64,000 nt of DNA from Octopus bimaculoides (Eukaryota), in assembly GCF_001194135.2 (NCBI RefSeq), contig NC_068994.1, positions 40,888,911-40,952,910 on the forward strand, in the 5' to 3' direction. Below are positions 24,478-37,670 of this stretch, in pieces. The notes under the pieces were generated by a model. It made no database searches. It was not told where the DNA came from and was given only the letters and a program-made list of their open reading frames with translations. Every line of letters starts with the position of its first letter. Within the stretch, counting starts at the first letter, position 1. The translations under genes and the position numbers were made by a program.

Positions 24478-25642
24478 CATACAGACATAGATATATAGAT
24501 ATGTACAAACATACAGACATACATACACACACACATATATGCATACATACACATACATACATACATACATACATACATACATACAAATATGGACCGTCAA
24601 TCAGACAGAACAACAAGTATTTATAAATACACACATATAGACATTCATTTATATCCGTAAGAATATACTTAATTATACATCTAGACAAACATACATGTAT
24701 ATACGTATAATAACATATACAAATATGTATGTATATCCATACACATGCATGCATATATACGCATGCATACATACATACGTGCATACATACATACATACAT
24801 ATATAAAGACATACATACATGCATACATACATACATACATACATACATACATACATACATAAGTATCAGAATATAAGTGCAAATACACAAATCTATATAA
24901 TCTAATATATTTTTCATGAGTGAGTGAGAAAGGGTGGAGAAAAAAAAATGAGTAGAAAGAGTGACAGAGAAAATTAGAGAGAAAGAGAGAGAGAGAGAGA
25001 AGGGGGTGAAAGAGATAGAAAATGAGAGAGAGAACACATGTATGAGCAAAAGTCTATACGTGAATGTAAAACAGTTTTGGACGATCTTTTGTTGTTTAAT
25101 TAGTGGAACATTCCTTGTCATCATAGCAAATTCCGTGAGCAAAGTAATTCATGGAGCAGCAACCCCTCAGCATGACCGTCCAGGCTTAAAGAAGAAATCT
25201 GAATCATCCAGAAAAATACAATACAAACGAAACTCCTGCAGTGAGATATTTCTTTGGCTCATTTAACAAATGCCCAATTTTTCTTTTGTGTGTGTGTGGA
25301 AGTACCTTTGGAGAGAATAACAGACAAAAAGACAAAAAAAAAAAAAAAAAAAAAAAAAAAGGCTGTCATAATATACAAAGACTAATAATGCCAGTGCTTA
25401 GTTTTGGACAGATGAAGATATGATTGTATACTCATGAATAGCTATCTATTCATCAGAACTATCGTAAGTAATCATTCCTAGAAGCTGCTGGAAAAATATA
25501 GGTCACTACTTGTTCCCAATTGCTAGGTGAATCAAGTTGGGCTGGATCAAGCATCTGAAAAAGCACTTCCTGAGACCAGATGTGAACACCACGTGTGTCT
25601 CAATTACATATGCATTTTGACGTTTCCCTCATTCACTGCAAT

Positions 25643-25705
<63 letters not shown>

Positions 25706-26060
25706 NNNNNNNNNNNNNNNNNNNNNNNNNNNNNNNNNNNNNNNNNNNNNNNNNNNNNNNNNNNNNNNNNNNNNNNNNNNNNNNNNNNNNNNNNNNNNNN
25801 NNNNNNNNNNNNNNNNNNNNNNNNNNNNNNNNNNNNNNNNNNNNNNNNNNNNNNNNNNNNNNNNNNNNNNNNNNNNNNNNNNNNNNNNNNNNNNNNNNNN
25901 NNNNNNNNNNNNNNNNNNNNNNNNNNNNNNNNNNNNNNNNNNNNNNNNNNNNNNNNNNNNNNNNNNNNNNNNNNNNNNNNNNNNNNNNNNNNNNNNNNNN
26001 NNNNNNNNNNNNNNNNNNNNNNNNNNNNNNNNNNNNNNNNNNNNNNNNNNNNATATATAT

Positions 26061-26107
<47 letters not shown>

Positions 26108-26619
26108 TAGATAGATAGATCAATAGATAAATGGATAGAAAGACAGATTTGTATCTCTCCTTGTCTTGACATTATAATCTAGTCATAAATGAGTCTCACT
26201 CACATACAAGGAGAGTTATTCAATTTCAATAGTCTGCAAAAACATGCCTGGTCAATAGAAAATATTATCATGCTAGGAAACAAGTAGAGGTGGAAGACAA
26301 CCGATCCAAGCATGAAAAAGTAGACGTTAAAATGGTGAAGAGTTGATTTAATTGATTATAACTGCTATATTGCAAACTTTGACCTTCTAGAAAGTCATAA
26401 GACATTGATTTTTGTTTAATTATTGGAGAGGGATCAAACACTAGCTACAATTTATTAGATATCGTGCTACCATCATAATTTTTAGCCCCATTGCAAAACT
26501 CATTGTCATAGATATTGATTTCTAACATTGACAGAAAAACACAAATTTGGGGCAAGTGTATTCAGCCTACCCATTACTTAACTGTTGCTTGAACTTGTTC
26601 TCTTAGGCACTTTTTTCCC

Positions 26620-26739
26620 AACCACAAGACTCCGGATTCAGTTCCACTGTGTGACACCTTGGGGGAGTCTCTTCTACTATAGCTTCAGGCCAACCAAAGC
26701 CTTGTGAGTGGATTTGATAGACAGAAACTGAAATAAACC

Positions 26740-26776
<37 letters not shown>

Positions 26777-27295
26777 CACATATATAAATATATATACACA
26801 AATAGATCTATATGTGTGTCTGTGTTTGTCCCCCACCACCACTTGACAACTGGTGCTGGTGTGTTTACACCCTGTGACTTAGCTGTTTGAGAAAGAGACT
26901 GATAGAATAAGTACCAGACTTAACAAAACAAATGACCCAACAAGCCAAACAAAATGACAGTCATGGCAGATACTGGTGTCGCACAAATGGCACCCATGCT
27001 GGTGGTACATAAAGCACCCATTACACTCTCAGAGTGGTTGTCATTAGGAAGGGCATCCAGCCATAGAAAACCATGCCAAATCAGACCAGAGTCTGGTGCA
27101 GCCTTCCAGCTTACCTGCCCTAGTCAAACCATCCAACCCATACCAGTATGGACAACGGACATTAAATGATAAGGATTATGATGACGATGAGGATGATGAA
27201 GCACTGGGGTTAATTAATTCAACTAAAAATTCTTCAGGGTGGCACTCCAGCATGACCACAGCCTAATGACTGAAACAAGTAAAAGACAAATAAAC
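26620..27295 (+). mobile_element. SINE family B interrupted by an RTE-tail-type insertion (~26960-27200)
   Basis: Family B head at 26625-26740 and tail at 27205-27295. The insert ends ...ccagtatggacaacggacattaaatgata followed by (GAT)n. Confidence 0.7.
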
Positions 27296-27422
27296 AACAT
27301 TGGATAAATTTGATCTCAGAATGTAAGGGACCGTTACTAATAATTTAATGCTGCAAAATATTTTGCATGATGCTTTAATACATCTGCCAATCTGTCACAT
27401 TCTTATTGTCAATGTTGGTATC

Positions 27423-27637
27423 TGGTAAGCTGGCAGAATAATTAGCATGCTGGGCAAAATGCTCAACAGCATTTCATCTATCTTTATGTTCCGAGTTCAA
27501 ATTCTACCAAGGTTGACTGTATATTTCATCTTTTTTTTTTGGGGGGGGGGGTCAATAAAATAAATACCAGTTGTGCACTGGAGTTGATGTAGCACTCCAA
27601 AATTGCTGGCCTTGTGCCAACATTTGAATCCAATATT
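27423..27637 (+). mobile_element. SINE family A with an internal T10-G11 expansion
   Basis: aagctggcagaataattagcatgctgggcaaaatgctc...ccgagttcaaattc...gctggccttgtgcc. Confidence 0.8.
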
Positions 27638-27730
27638 GGTATCATCATTAATTGCTATTTTAAAATATTTGTAGTGTGTTGATATTCTTCAGTGTGTGTA
27701 TGTATGTATGTATGTATGTATGTACCTGTA

Positions 27731-27785
<55 letters not shown>

Positions 27786-28051
27786 NNNNNNNNNNNNNNN
27801 NNNNNNNNNNNNNNNNNNNNNNNNNNNNNNNNNNNNNNNNNNNNNNNNNNNNNNNNNNNNNNNNNNNNNNNNNNNNNNNNNNNNNNNNNNNNNNNNNNNN
27901 NNNNNNNNNNNNNNNNNNNNNNNNNNNNNNNNNNNNNNNNNNNNNNNNNNNNNNNNNNNNNNNNNNNNNNNNNNNNNNNNNNNNNNNNNNNNNNNNNNNN
28001 NNNNNNNNNNNNNNNNNNNNNNNNNNNNNNNNNNNNNNNNNNNNNNNNNNN

Positions 28052-28089
<38 letters not shown>

Positions 28090-28134
28090 GTATGTTTGTA
28101 TATATATGTATATATGTATATGTGTGTGTGTGTA

Positions 28135-28176
<42 letters not shown>

Positions 28177-28399
28177 TTAAAAATGATATAGCCCTATATA
28201 TTCTTGTAATCTACTTGTAGATTTTAAACCTAGCATGTCTTGGTAATTATTTCTCAAAGTTCACAACAATATACTTCTATAGAGATAGAGATTTTGATTT
28301 AGGCTCAATAATTTCCATATCAACTAGACTTATCATGTTTGTCAGTCTATAATACCTTTTTGAGATTAGAAAATTCTGAGCACATCATGGAGGCCAGAA

Positions 28400-28555
28400 T
28401 AATAAAAATTAAAATTTTTGCATTGAGAACTCATGGCTCTGGTAATATGGTTGGAGTGTCACAAGAATAGATCACTAGACATTCTTCAAGTTGAGCCAAC
28501 AAGCAGGAGACTAAGGGGTAGACCAAGAATTGGTTGCAACATTAATTTGTAGTAA
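28400..28555 (+). mobile_element. RTE-clade LINE C-terminal relic
   Basis: IENSWLW*YG (cf. IE..QLRWYGHV), then after a frameshift ILQVEPTSRRLRGRPRIG (cf. G.R.RGRPR.RW). Confidence 0.55.
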
Positions 28556-29009
28556 ATCTGCAGCCAGTGATTGAGCTTCTTCATATTGATGGTTGTGAAG
28601 GGTGCTGGTGCCTGAGGTAGCTATTCAGACAAAGGGTGGTATAGAAGAACTGGAAGATATTTATTGCAAGGGTGAGTTGGTAGGGGACAAGGAAGTGTGA
28701 GTCACCTTTGCACCTTCAAATTCTAGTTTCTGTCTCTTCATGTCTGTTATTTTCCATCAGGTTTGTTCCCTCAATGGGGACATGTGATGGTTGGATATTA
28801 TCCAAAGTCTCAGTCAACTATGCTTGGGGATCCAGCAGGAAATTGTAATGAGGGTTACTTCTGACAGGACTCCATGGAGCAGGTGCCTGAGGGCTCTACA
28901 CCCATGACCCTCTCAGGAATAGTGTAGGCAGTGAAAATGAGAAGTTGGATGGAAAGGGAATAATAAGGAAATAATATAGCCCTTTTGTTAATATATGCCT
29001 GTTAAAATA

Positions 29010-29170
29010 AACAGCATCTTTTTCAATTAATTTTGTAAAATAATGGAAAATTTAGTAAAATTACTTTGCCATTAATGAGCTGATGTTTGAAGCATAAAGT
29101 GAAATTTTCATGGATGGTTTTCATTTAGATAAATTTAAGTTGCAAAAATTTTGTCATAGATCCAAGAGTA
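29010..29170 (+). mobile_element. AT-rich interspersed repeat; related copies at ~59985-60140 and ~62990-63140
   Basis: Shared tttcaattaattttg(a/t)aaataatg(g/a)a(a/g)aatttagtaa...gaaattttca/tggatggtttt. Confidence 0.55.
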
Positions 29171-31201
29171 TTTCAGGTGTGTTCATATTTAAAAAATTAA
29201 CGATATAATTCAAGGCAAAAGAGAAGTAAGTCATGGAGCATAGGAGCATGTGCTCATATAAATATCTTTACACACACATTCATGAAGAAAAGTATAAATG
29301 TGTCTTTGAGACTTATATACATATCCTTATTTCAATAAGATTTGAATTCACCTGTCTAAAATTTATAATGCATGGGTAAACAACATGCATTACAACAGTT
29401 TCCATTAAAAACATTTCTGTTACCATGTGTGAGTTTACAAAGAATTTTTCTATGAAAACAGTCATGTATACACACACACACACACATATATATAAAGTAC
29501 ACACGCACATAATAGATTATATTACATATTACAGATGCACACACATACAAACATATACACACATATGTATAAACACACACAATATTAAGATAGCTATCCA
29601 CACACAGCTATGAAAATACACTTAAATAACAAACTATATGTTTATGTGTATGTATGGCTTCACAATATCTAAGGGTTAGAAATGTCCTAATATGTCTTCA
29701 ATTGATGCAATATTAACTTCAGACATTAACAAAATAGCAACAAAACAAATTGAAATGATAAAGATATTGTATGTCTAGACGCTATTATAACAAAACGAAA
29801 ATTACACTTCGTGTAGAACGTACAAGCATACAGGCATTTATTCAGTCATATATCAAGTCAAATATATATATACATATGTACACACATACATGCATGCATG
29901 CATATTTATATATATATATATATATATATNNNNNNNNNNNNNNNNNNNNNNNNNNNNNNNNNNNNNNNNNNNNNNNNNNNNNNNNNNNNNNNNNNNNNNN
30001 NNNNNNNNNNNNNNNNNNNNNNNNNNNNNNNNNNNNNNNNNNNNNNNNNNNNNNNNNNNNNNNNNNNNNNNNNNNNNNNNNNNNNNNNNNNNNNNNNNNN
30101 NNNNNNNNNNNNNNNNNNNNNNNNNNNNNNNNNNNNNNNNNNNNNNNNNNNNNNNNNNNNNNNNNNNNNNNNNNNNNNNNNNNNNNNNNNNNNNNNNNNN
30201 NNNNNNNNNNNNNNNNNNNNNNNNNNNNNNNNNNNNNNNNNNNNNNNNNNNNNNNNNNNNNNNNNNNNNNNNNNNNNNNNNNNNNNNNNNNNNNNNNNNN
30301 NNNNNNNNNNNNNNNNNNNNNNNNNNNNNNNNNNNNNNNNNNNNNNNNNNNNNNNNNNNNNNNNNNNNNNNNNNNNNNNNNNNNNNNNNNNNNNNNNNNN
30401 NNNNNNNNNNNNNNNNNNNNNNNNNNNNNNNNNNNNNNNNNNNNNNNNNNNNNNNNNNNNNNNNNNNNNNNNNNNNNNNNNNNNNNNNNNNNNNNNNNNN
30501 NNNNNNNNNNNNNNNNNNNNNNNNNNNNNNNNNNNNNNNNNNNNNNNNNNNNNNNNNNNNNNNNNNNNNNNNNNNNNNNNNNNNNNNNNNNNNNNNNNNN
30601 NNNNNNNNNNNNNNNNNNNNNNNNNNNNACTATAAATACAATAATGGACAACCACATTCTACATAATAACATACATAAACATATATATACACAAGCACAA
30701 ATATAAACACACACACAGAAGTGATACACATATGGATGCCCATACATATATGTTCATATTTTAGTATTGTTCAATGTTTTCCTTTTGCCTTGTGCCATAG
30801 TATTGCCATCAGACATGAATAACAATCAAATTCCTTCAATGAGATAACAAGATAAGTCCACAACACATACAGACTTAGAAAGGATATACACGCTTACATA
30901 GACCCATGCATGCATAAACATGCACAAACACATACATACACACACAAATAGATATACACACAACACGCATACATACACACACATATATGTTTACATACAT
31001 ACATACACACACATACGCACTCACATATAGCTATGCATATATACATATATATGATGATATGTATCTATCTAGGTAAATAGGTATATATAATCTAAAAGTG
31101 TAGTGGAAGGAACATTTTGCAAAATCTCCTCCACTAAGTTCTATATGGAAATAGCTGTCGCATCTTGGAATAAGTAAGTGTGTACAGTTAGAGTCAAGTT
31201 C

Positions 31202-31478
31202 TATGTAGTAATAAGAAGTGAGAGAAACATAATTAGTATTTTTAAGCTTTACATTACATGTGTGTGTTTCCATAAACACAAGCTGATTGGCACAGCTGCA
31301 CAAACTGATTGGCATGGTTCCTCACTATTAGCAGCAATACCGAGGAAGCAAGCCAATCACTTTGTGCAGCAGTGCCAATCTGCTTGTGTAATAGTACCAA
31401 TAGCGTTTGGAAACATGTGTGTGTTATATGAAGTTTAAAAATACCAATTACATATCCTACATTTCTTATAACTACATA
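31202..31478. mobile_element. Fold-back element (~277 bp hairpin) with CCAAT repeats
   Basis: Inner arms 31276-31313 and 31352-31389 pair at 35/38. Outer arms pair imperfectly to 31202/31478. The loop also pairs (ttcctc..tatt/aata..gaggaa). Confidence 0.8.
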
Positions 31479-31504
31479 TATTGATGTTTGTATGTGTATG
31501 AATG

Positions 31505-31770
31505 CATGTGGCCTAGTGGTTAGGCTGTTGCTCTCATGATCATTGGAATGTGGGTTTGATTCCCAGGCCAGGGAATATATTGTGTTCTTGAGCAAAACTC
31601 TTCATTTTGTGCTGCTCAAGTCCCCCTTTCAGTCAGGAGGGAATGTTGGCCTGCTCACCTTGCCAGTGGGGTGGCATCATTCAAAGGCTAAAACAATGCA
31701 AAGTGCTTTATGACCAGCGATGTTTAACAATACCTGATAGTCTGGTCAGTCACCTGATCACGTGATTCCT
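31505..31770 (+). mobile_element. tRNA-derived SINE family D
   Basis: A-box TGGCCTAGTGG, B-box-like GGTTTGATTCC, then tgtgttcttgagcaaaac. Confidence 0.78.
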
Positions 31771-34277
31771 ATATCTAAGTATATATGTACACACACACAC
31801 ACACACACATATATACATATATGTACATAATTACAAAGAAAAGAAATAACATGTCACACTTAATTTTGTTTATGTTACTAACAAAGAAATTGCTATAAAA
31901 TGAAATATGTGCTCACTCACAAACTATAACAGTTCTTGTCTATTTGCACAAAACTGCATATGCAGAAACTTGTATATTGTGCTAACATCATTTGTATTAA
32001 CATTGCCTTCATAAAATTTACTTGTTTAAAAACAGAATTTTAAGCACTTATTAGTATTATTATCTTTTTTGTTTTGTGATAACACCAGCAAGGAAACAGA
32101 TATTTGTTATTGTGGCATATCAGTTCCCTAGAAACTTGTTCAGCTTTTATAAATTTAACTCAGATATAAACTCTGTCACTAAATCTTACTTTGATTATAA
32201 AAGCCATGTTTTTATGATATACCTGAATTTTCGAGATCCTTTTCTTCAATTTAAACTTACTTTAGTAAACATTGAATTTTATTATCTGTTTGTAGAGAAA
32301 ATACTTTTAAAAAACCTAATATGTTTTAAACTGATTCTATATTTTAAAAGATAAACTCACAAGTCTCTCACTAAATAGTAGAGGCTTATTTAGATCTTTC
32401 AAGCCCTTCAAAACCTTTCTAATGTTATTAGCCTGTTTTTTTAGCTAAATTTAATTACACATAACTGCATACTTTACAGCTTAGAGAAAAGAAAACTCTA
32501 AACCTGGCATACTACTACTTAGCCTCACAGTAAAGACAACCTCAAAACAAACTTTACACTTGCCAGAGTTAAATTAGAGTTTAATTCCCCTGGTGGCATC
32601 ATGACTATAGCTCAATTAAAAAAAAAAAGAAAAAGAAAAAAACTGAATAGTTCCCTTCACTTTATAAGGTTTAGGCAGCTTCCCTGTATATTCCAAATAT
32701 TGGCAACATTGTTCTATCCCCTGTCATAGCTAAATAAGATAATCACATCTTATTCTACTGAGTACTAATCCCTCATTATTTAACATACGTTTAAGGAATT
32801 ACTTCGCCTACAGTTTCATTCTACACTTTTCAGAAACCCCTTTCTCAACAAAATATTACTCTACAGCAAGTTTTTTAACTAATTACTTAAAGCTTCTGTA
32901 TGAATACGACACCAACATGTTATAGAATCAGCACTTGACCCCAGGTTAAAGTATTTCATTCTACCTCTATTTCACTCCCACCAAGAACCATGAAATTATT
33001 ACATAACTAGTCTAACACGAATCCTAAATATGACTGAAGCACACATGCAGTTTCTAGTGAGCATAACATTATTTATGAACCTGTAGAGATTACCAAACAT
33101 AGCATAATAAGTTTCCACTCCTTCAAATTTACACTACTTTTCTTTTTATTAATCAGATCTTAACTTTAATCCTTAAATCCAATCATCTTCAAGAAAGAAA
33201 TAACATTTTTTTACCGGTGAAACTATCAATATATAACTATGTATGCATAAACTATGCACTTTGAAACATATGTAATTCAGATTTGAAGAAAACCAAACTA
33301 GAAACCAATTTAATATGCATTTCATAATCTAGTTTATCTCTTTTTAACCTCCTACCAGGCTTGAAAAAACTATTTCCATTTACATTATATATATCATGGG
33401 ATGGGTAGCATAAGTAAGTATCTTTGATTATTTGAAAATTCCATAATAATTATTGAACACATACATGATTGATTATCTGAAAAAAAAAAATTTGTAAATA
33501 CTAAAGTAGATACAAAAGCTTGAGACAGACTATGTAAGGCGATTATAGGAGGATTGTATTATTGAAAAACTTATAAAAGAGCAATTGACATTGAATATCT
33601 GTACCACATTAGAAAATCTGTAAAAGCAAAGGCAATAACATTTATATACATATATATGTATATGTTTGTGTGTGTGTGTATGTATAAATATATATGCATG
33701 TGTGCATGTGTGTATATATATGAAAATATATTAACATATATGTATATGCATATATATATATANNNNNNNNNNNNNNNNNNNNNNNNNNNNNNNNNNNNNN
33801 NNNNNNNNNNNNNNNNNNNNNNNNNNNNNNNNNNNNNNNNNNNNNNNNNNNNNNNNNNNNNNNNNNNNNNNNNNNNNNNNNNNNNNNNNNNNNNNNNNNN
33901 NNNNNNNNNNNNNNNNNNNNNNNNNNNNNNNNNNNNNNNNNNNNNNNNNNNNNNNNNNNNNNNNNNNNNNNNNNNNNNNNNNNNNNNNNNNNNNNNNNNN
34001 NNNNNNNNNNNNNNNNNNNNNNNNNNNNNNNNNNNNNNNNNNNNNNNNNNNNNNNNNNNNNNNNNNNNNNNNNNNNNNNNNNNNNNNNNNNNNNNNNNNN
34101 NNNNNNNNNNNNNNNNNNNNNNNNNNNNNNNNNNNNNNNNNNNNNNNNNNNNNNNNNNNNNNNNNNNNNNNNNNNNNNNNNNNNNNNNNNNNNNNNNNNN
34201 NNNNNNNNNNNNNNNNNNNNNNNNNNNNNNNNNNNNNNNNNNNNNNNNNNNNNNNNNNNNNNNNNNNNNNNNNNNNN

Positions 34278-34310
<33 letters not shown>

Positions 34311-34659
34311 AATGTATATATAATTATTGTACAATTCAAGTAAAATGACATTTGATATATATTATATATGTGTATATGTATGCACATGTGTGTGTGTGTA
34401 TGTGTAAAAGATAAAAGATATAAAGCTATACATATATATGTGTGTGTGTGTGTGTGTACACATAAACATGTAACATGTGTACATATGCACATATATGTAT
34501 ATATAGATAAGCATATACGAAATATATGCACATATGCGCACCCATATATACATTGATACTTGTATACATATATATGATATATACATAACCATGAATATGT
34601 ATTTATAAATGAACATACGAATATGCTCTGCTAAATATATACATGATTTATATGTTTTA

Positions 34660-34800
34660 AGAAGGTTGCTTCCCAGTCATGTGGTTCTGTGTTCAGTCCC
34701 ACTGTGTGGCACCTTGGGCAAGTGTCTTCTACCATAGCCTTATGCCAACCAAAGCCTTGTGAGTGGATTTAGTAGACAGAAACTGAAAAAAAGGCCCATC
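34660..34800 (+). mobile_element. SINE family B, 5' half
   Basis: gttcagtcccactgtgtggcaccttgggcaagtgtcttctac...gtagacagaaactgaaa. Confidence 0.82.
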
Positions 34801-35833
34801 ACACACACACACACACACACACCACACACACACACATATATATGTGTGTGTGTGTGTGTGTACGTATGTATATATATACATATATGTATGTATGTATATA
34901 TATANNNNNNNNNNNNNNNNNNNNNNNNNNNNNNNNNNNNNNNNNNNNNNNNNNNNNNNNNNNNNNNNNNNNNNNNNNNNNNNNNNNNNNNNNNNNNNNN
35001 NNNNNNNNNNNNNNNNNNNNNNNNNNNNNNNNNNNNNNNNNNNNNNNNNNNNNNNNNNNNNNNNNNNNNNNNNNNNNNNNNNNNNNNNNNNNNNNNNNNN
35101 NNNNNNNNNNNNNNNNNNNNNNNNNNNNNNNNNNNNNNNNNNNNNNNNNNNNNNNNNNNNNNNNNNNNNNNNNNNNNNNNNNNNNNNNNNNNNNNNNNNN
35201 NNNNNNNNNNNNNNNNNNNNNNNNNNNNNNNNNNNNNNNNNNNNNNNNNNNNNNNNNNNNNNNNNNNNNNNNNNNNNNNNNNNNNNNNNNNNNNNNNNNN
35301 NNNNNNNNNNNNNNNNNNNNNNNNNNNNNNNNNNNNNNNNNNNNNNNNNNNNNNNNNNNNNNNNNNNNNNNNNNNNNNNNNNNNNNNNNNNNNNNNNNNN
35401 NNNNNNNNNNNNNNNNNNNNNNNNNNNNNNNNNNNNNNNNNNNNNNNNNNNNNNNNNNNNNNNNNNNNNNNNNNNNNNNNNNNNNNNNNNNNNNNNNNNN
35501 NNNNNNNNNNNNNNNNNNNNNNNNNNNNNNNNNNNNNNNNNNNNNNNNNNNNNNNNNNNNNNNNNNNNNNNNNNNNNNNNNNNNNNNNNNNNNNNNNNNN
35601 NNNNNNNNNNNNNNNNNNNNNNNNNNNNNNNNNNNNNNNNNNNNNNNNNNNNNNNNNNNNNNNNNNNNNNNTATATATATATATATATGTAGATAGATAG
35701 ATAGATAAATGTAGATAAGCATATGTATGAGTATATGAGTATACATATATGCATATATATATGTATATGTATATGTATACATATATATATATTATGTATA
35801 AATAAGTGTGTGAGTATATATATTCATATTCAT

Positions 35834-35873
<40 letters not shown>

Positions 35874-36248
35874 AAGCTAGCTTGATGTACATATACATAT
35901 ATGAATATATATATGTACATGTATATATATGAGCGGGTGTTTGTGTGTGTAATGTAAAGGTGTGTATTTGTACATGTATGTGTGTGTGTTTGGATAAGCT
36001 TGAATACTAAAGAATAAGAGTTGTTGGTCAGGTAAAATCTCTATATCATGAAATGGTGAAGAATGGTGCAGGAAAAGTCGTGAGACACAATATTGGAGGA
36101 AACCTTTCCAACCCATCAATGCACCTGGAATAACAATGACAGGGTCGAACAGTTGGGCACATGCATAAACACATGCACACACTCACACACACAAACACTT
36201 GCACACACATACATACACACAAACAATCACATACACTTATGTGGGTGA

Positions 36249-36287
<39 letters not shown>

Positions 36288-36394
36288 TCTATACATATTT
36301 ATCTAACTCTTATTCTATGTATTTGTGTNNNNNNNNNNNNNNNNNNNNNNNNNNNNNNNNNNNNNNNNNNNNNNNNNNNNNNNNNNNNNNNNNN

Positions 36395-36457
<63 letters not shown>

Positions 36458-36554
36458 GTATGTAGATGTATATATACGTTTATATATATATGTGTGTGTG
36501 TGTCGATATGTATTGATATGTATAACAGAATAGATCAAAAGATCAAAGGTACTC

Positions 36555-36785
36555 CTTGAGACAGGCTCCTAAGTACAGTTTCTTGGATTATGTCACATAT
36601 AGATAAATCTGCCCATCCTGGACAGGATGCCATTCTATCACAGGATTACTCATTACTGCCATCTGAGTGGAATGGAGCAAAGTGAAATTAAGTGTTTTCT
36701 TCAACAACACAAAGTATCACTTGCTCTAGGAATCAGAATCACAATCATGTTCATGAGTGTGACACCCTAACTTCTATGGCATGTG
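36555..36785 (-). mobile_element. SINE family D, degenerate
   Basis: Similar to 10845-11055 (ggacaggatgccattctatcacaggattactcatt). Confidence 0.65.
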
Positions 36786-36801
36786 CCTCCACATTGGTAT
36801 A

Positions 36802-36854
<53 letters not shown>

Positions 36855-37588
36855 TTTATATATCTGTATNNNNNNNNNNNNNNNNNNNNNNNNNNNNNNN
36901 NNNNNNNNNNNNNNNNNNNNNNNNNNNNNNNNNNNNNNNNNNNNNNNNNNNNNNNNNNNNNNNNNNNNNNNNNNNNNNNNNNNNNNNNNNNNNNNNNNNN
37001 NNNNNNNNNNNNNNNNNNNNNNNNNNNNNNNNNNNNNNNNNNNNNNNNNNNNNNNNNNNNNNNNNNNNNNNNNNNNNNNNNNNNNNNNNNNNNNNNNNNN
37101 NNNNNNNNNNNNNNNNNNNNNNNNNNNNNNNNNNNNNNNNNNNNNNNNNNNNNNNNNNNNNNNNNNNNNNNNNNNNNNNNNNNNNNNNNNNNNNNNNNNN
37201 NNNNNNNNNNNNNNNNNNNNNNNNNNNNNNNNNNNNNNNNNNNNNNNNNNNNNNNNNNNNNNNNNNNNNNNNNNNNNNNNNNNNNNNNNNNNNNNNNNNN
37301 NNNNNNNNNNNNNNNNNNNNNNNNNNNNNNNNNNNNNNNNNNNNNNNNNNNNNNNNNNNNNNNNNNNNNNNNNNNNNNNNNNNNNNNNNNNNNNNNNNNN
37401 NNNNNNNNNNNNNNNNNNNNNNNNNNNNNNNNNNNNNNNNNNNNNNNNNNNNNNNNNNNNNNNNNNNNNNNNNNNNNNNNNNNNNNNNNNNNNNNNNNNN
37501 NNNNNNNNNNNNNNNNNNNNNNNNNNNNNNNNNNNNNNNNNNNNNNNNNNNNNNNNNNNNNNNNNNNNNNNNNNNNNNNNNNNNNNNN

Positions 37589-37670
<82 letters not shown>

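Noticed and set aside
32050-33630. 1.5 kb AT-rich non-microsatellite block that might be a decayed retroelement
   Set aside because: No recognisable motif or ORF in any frame.
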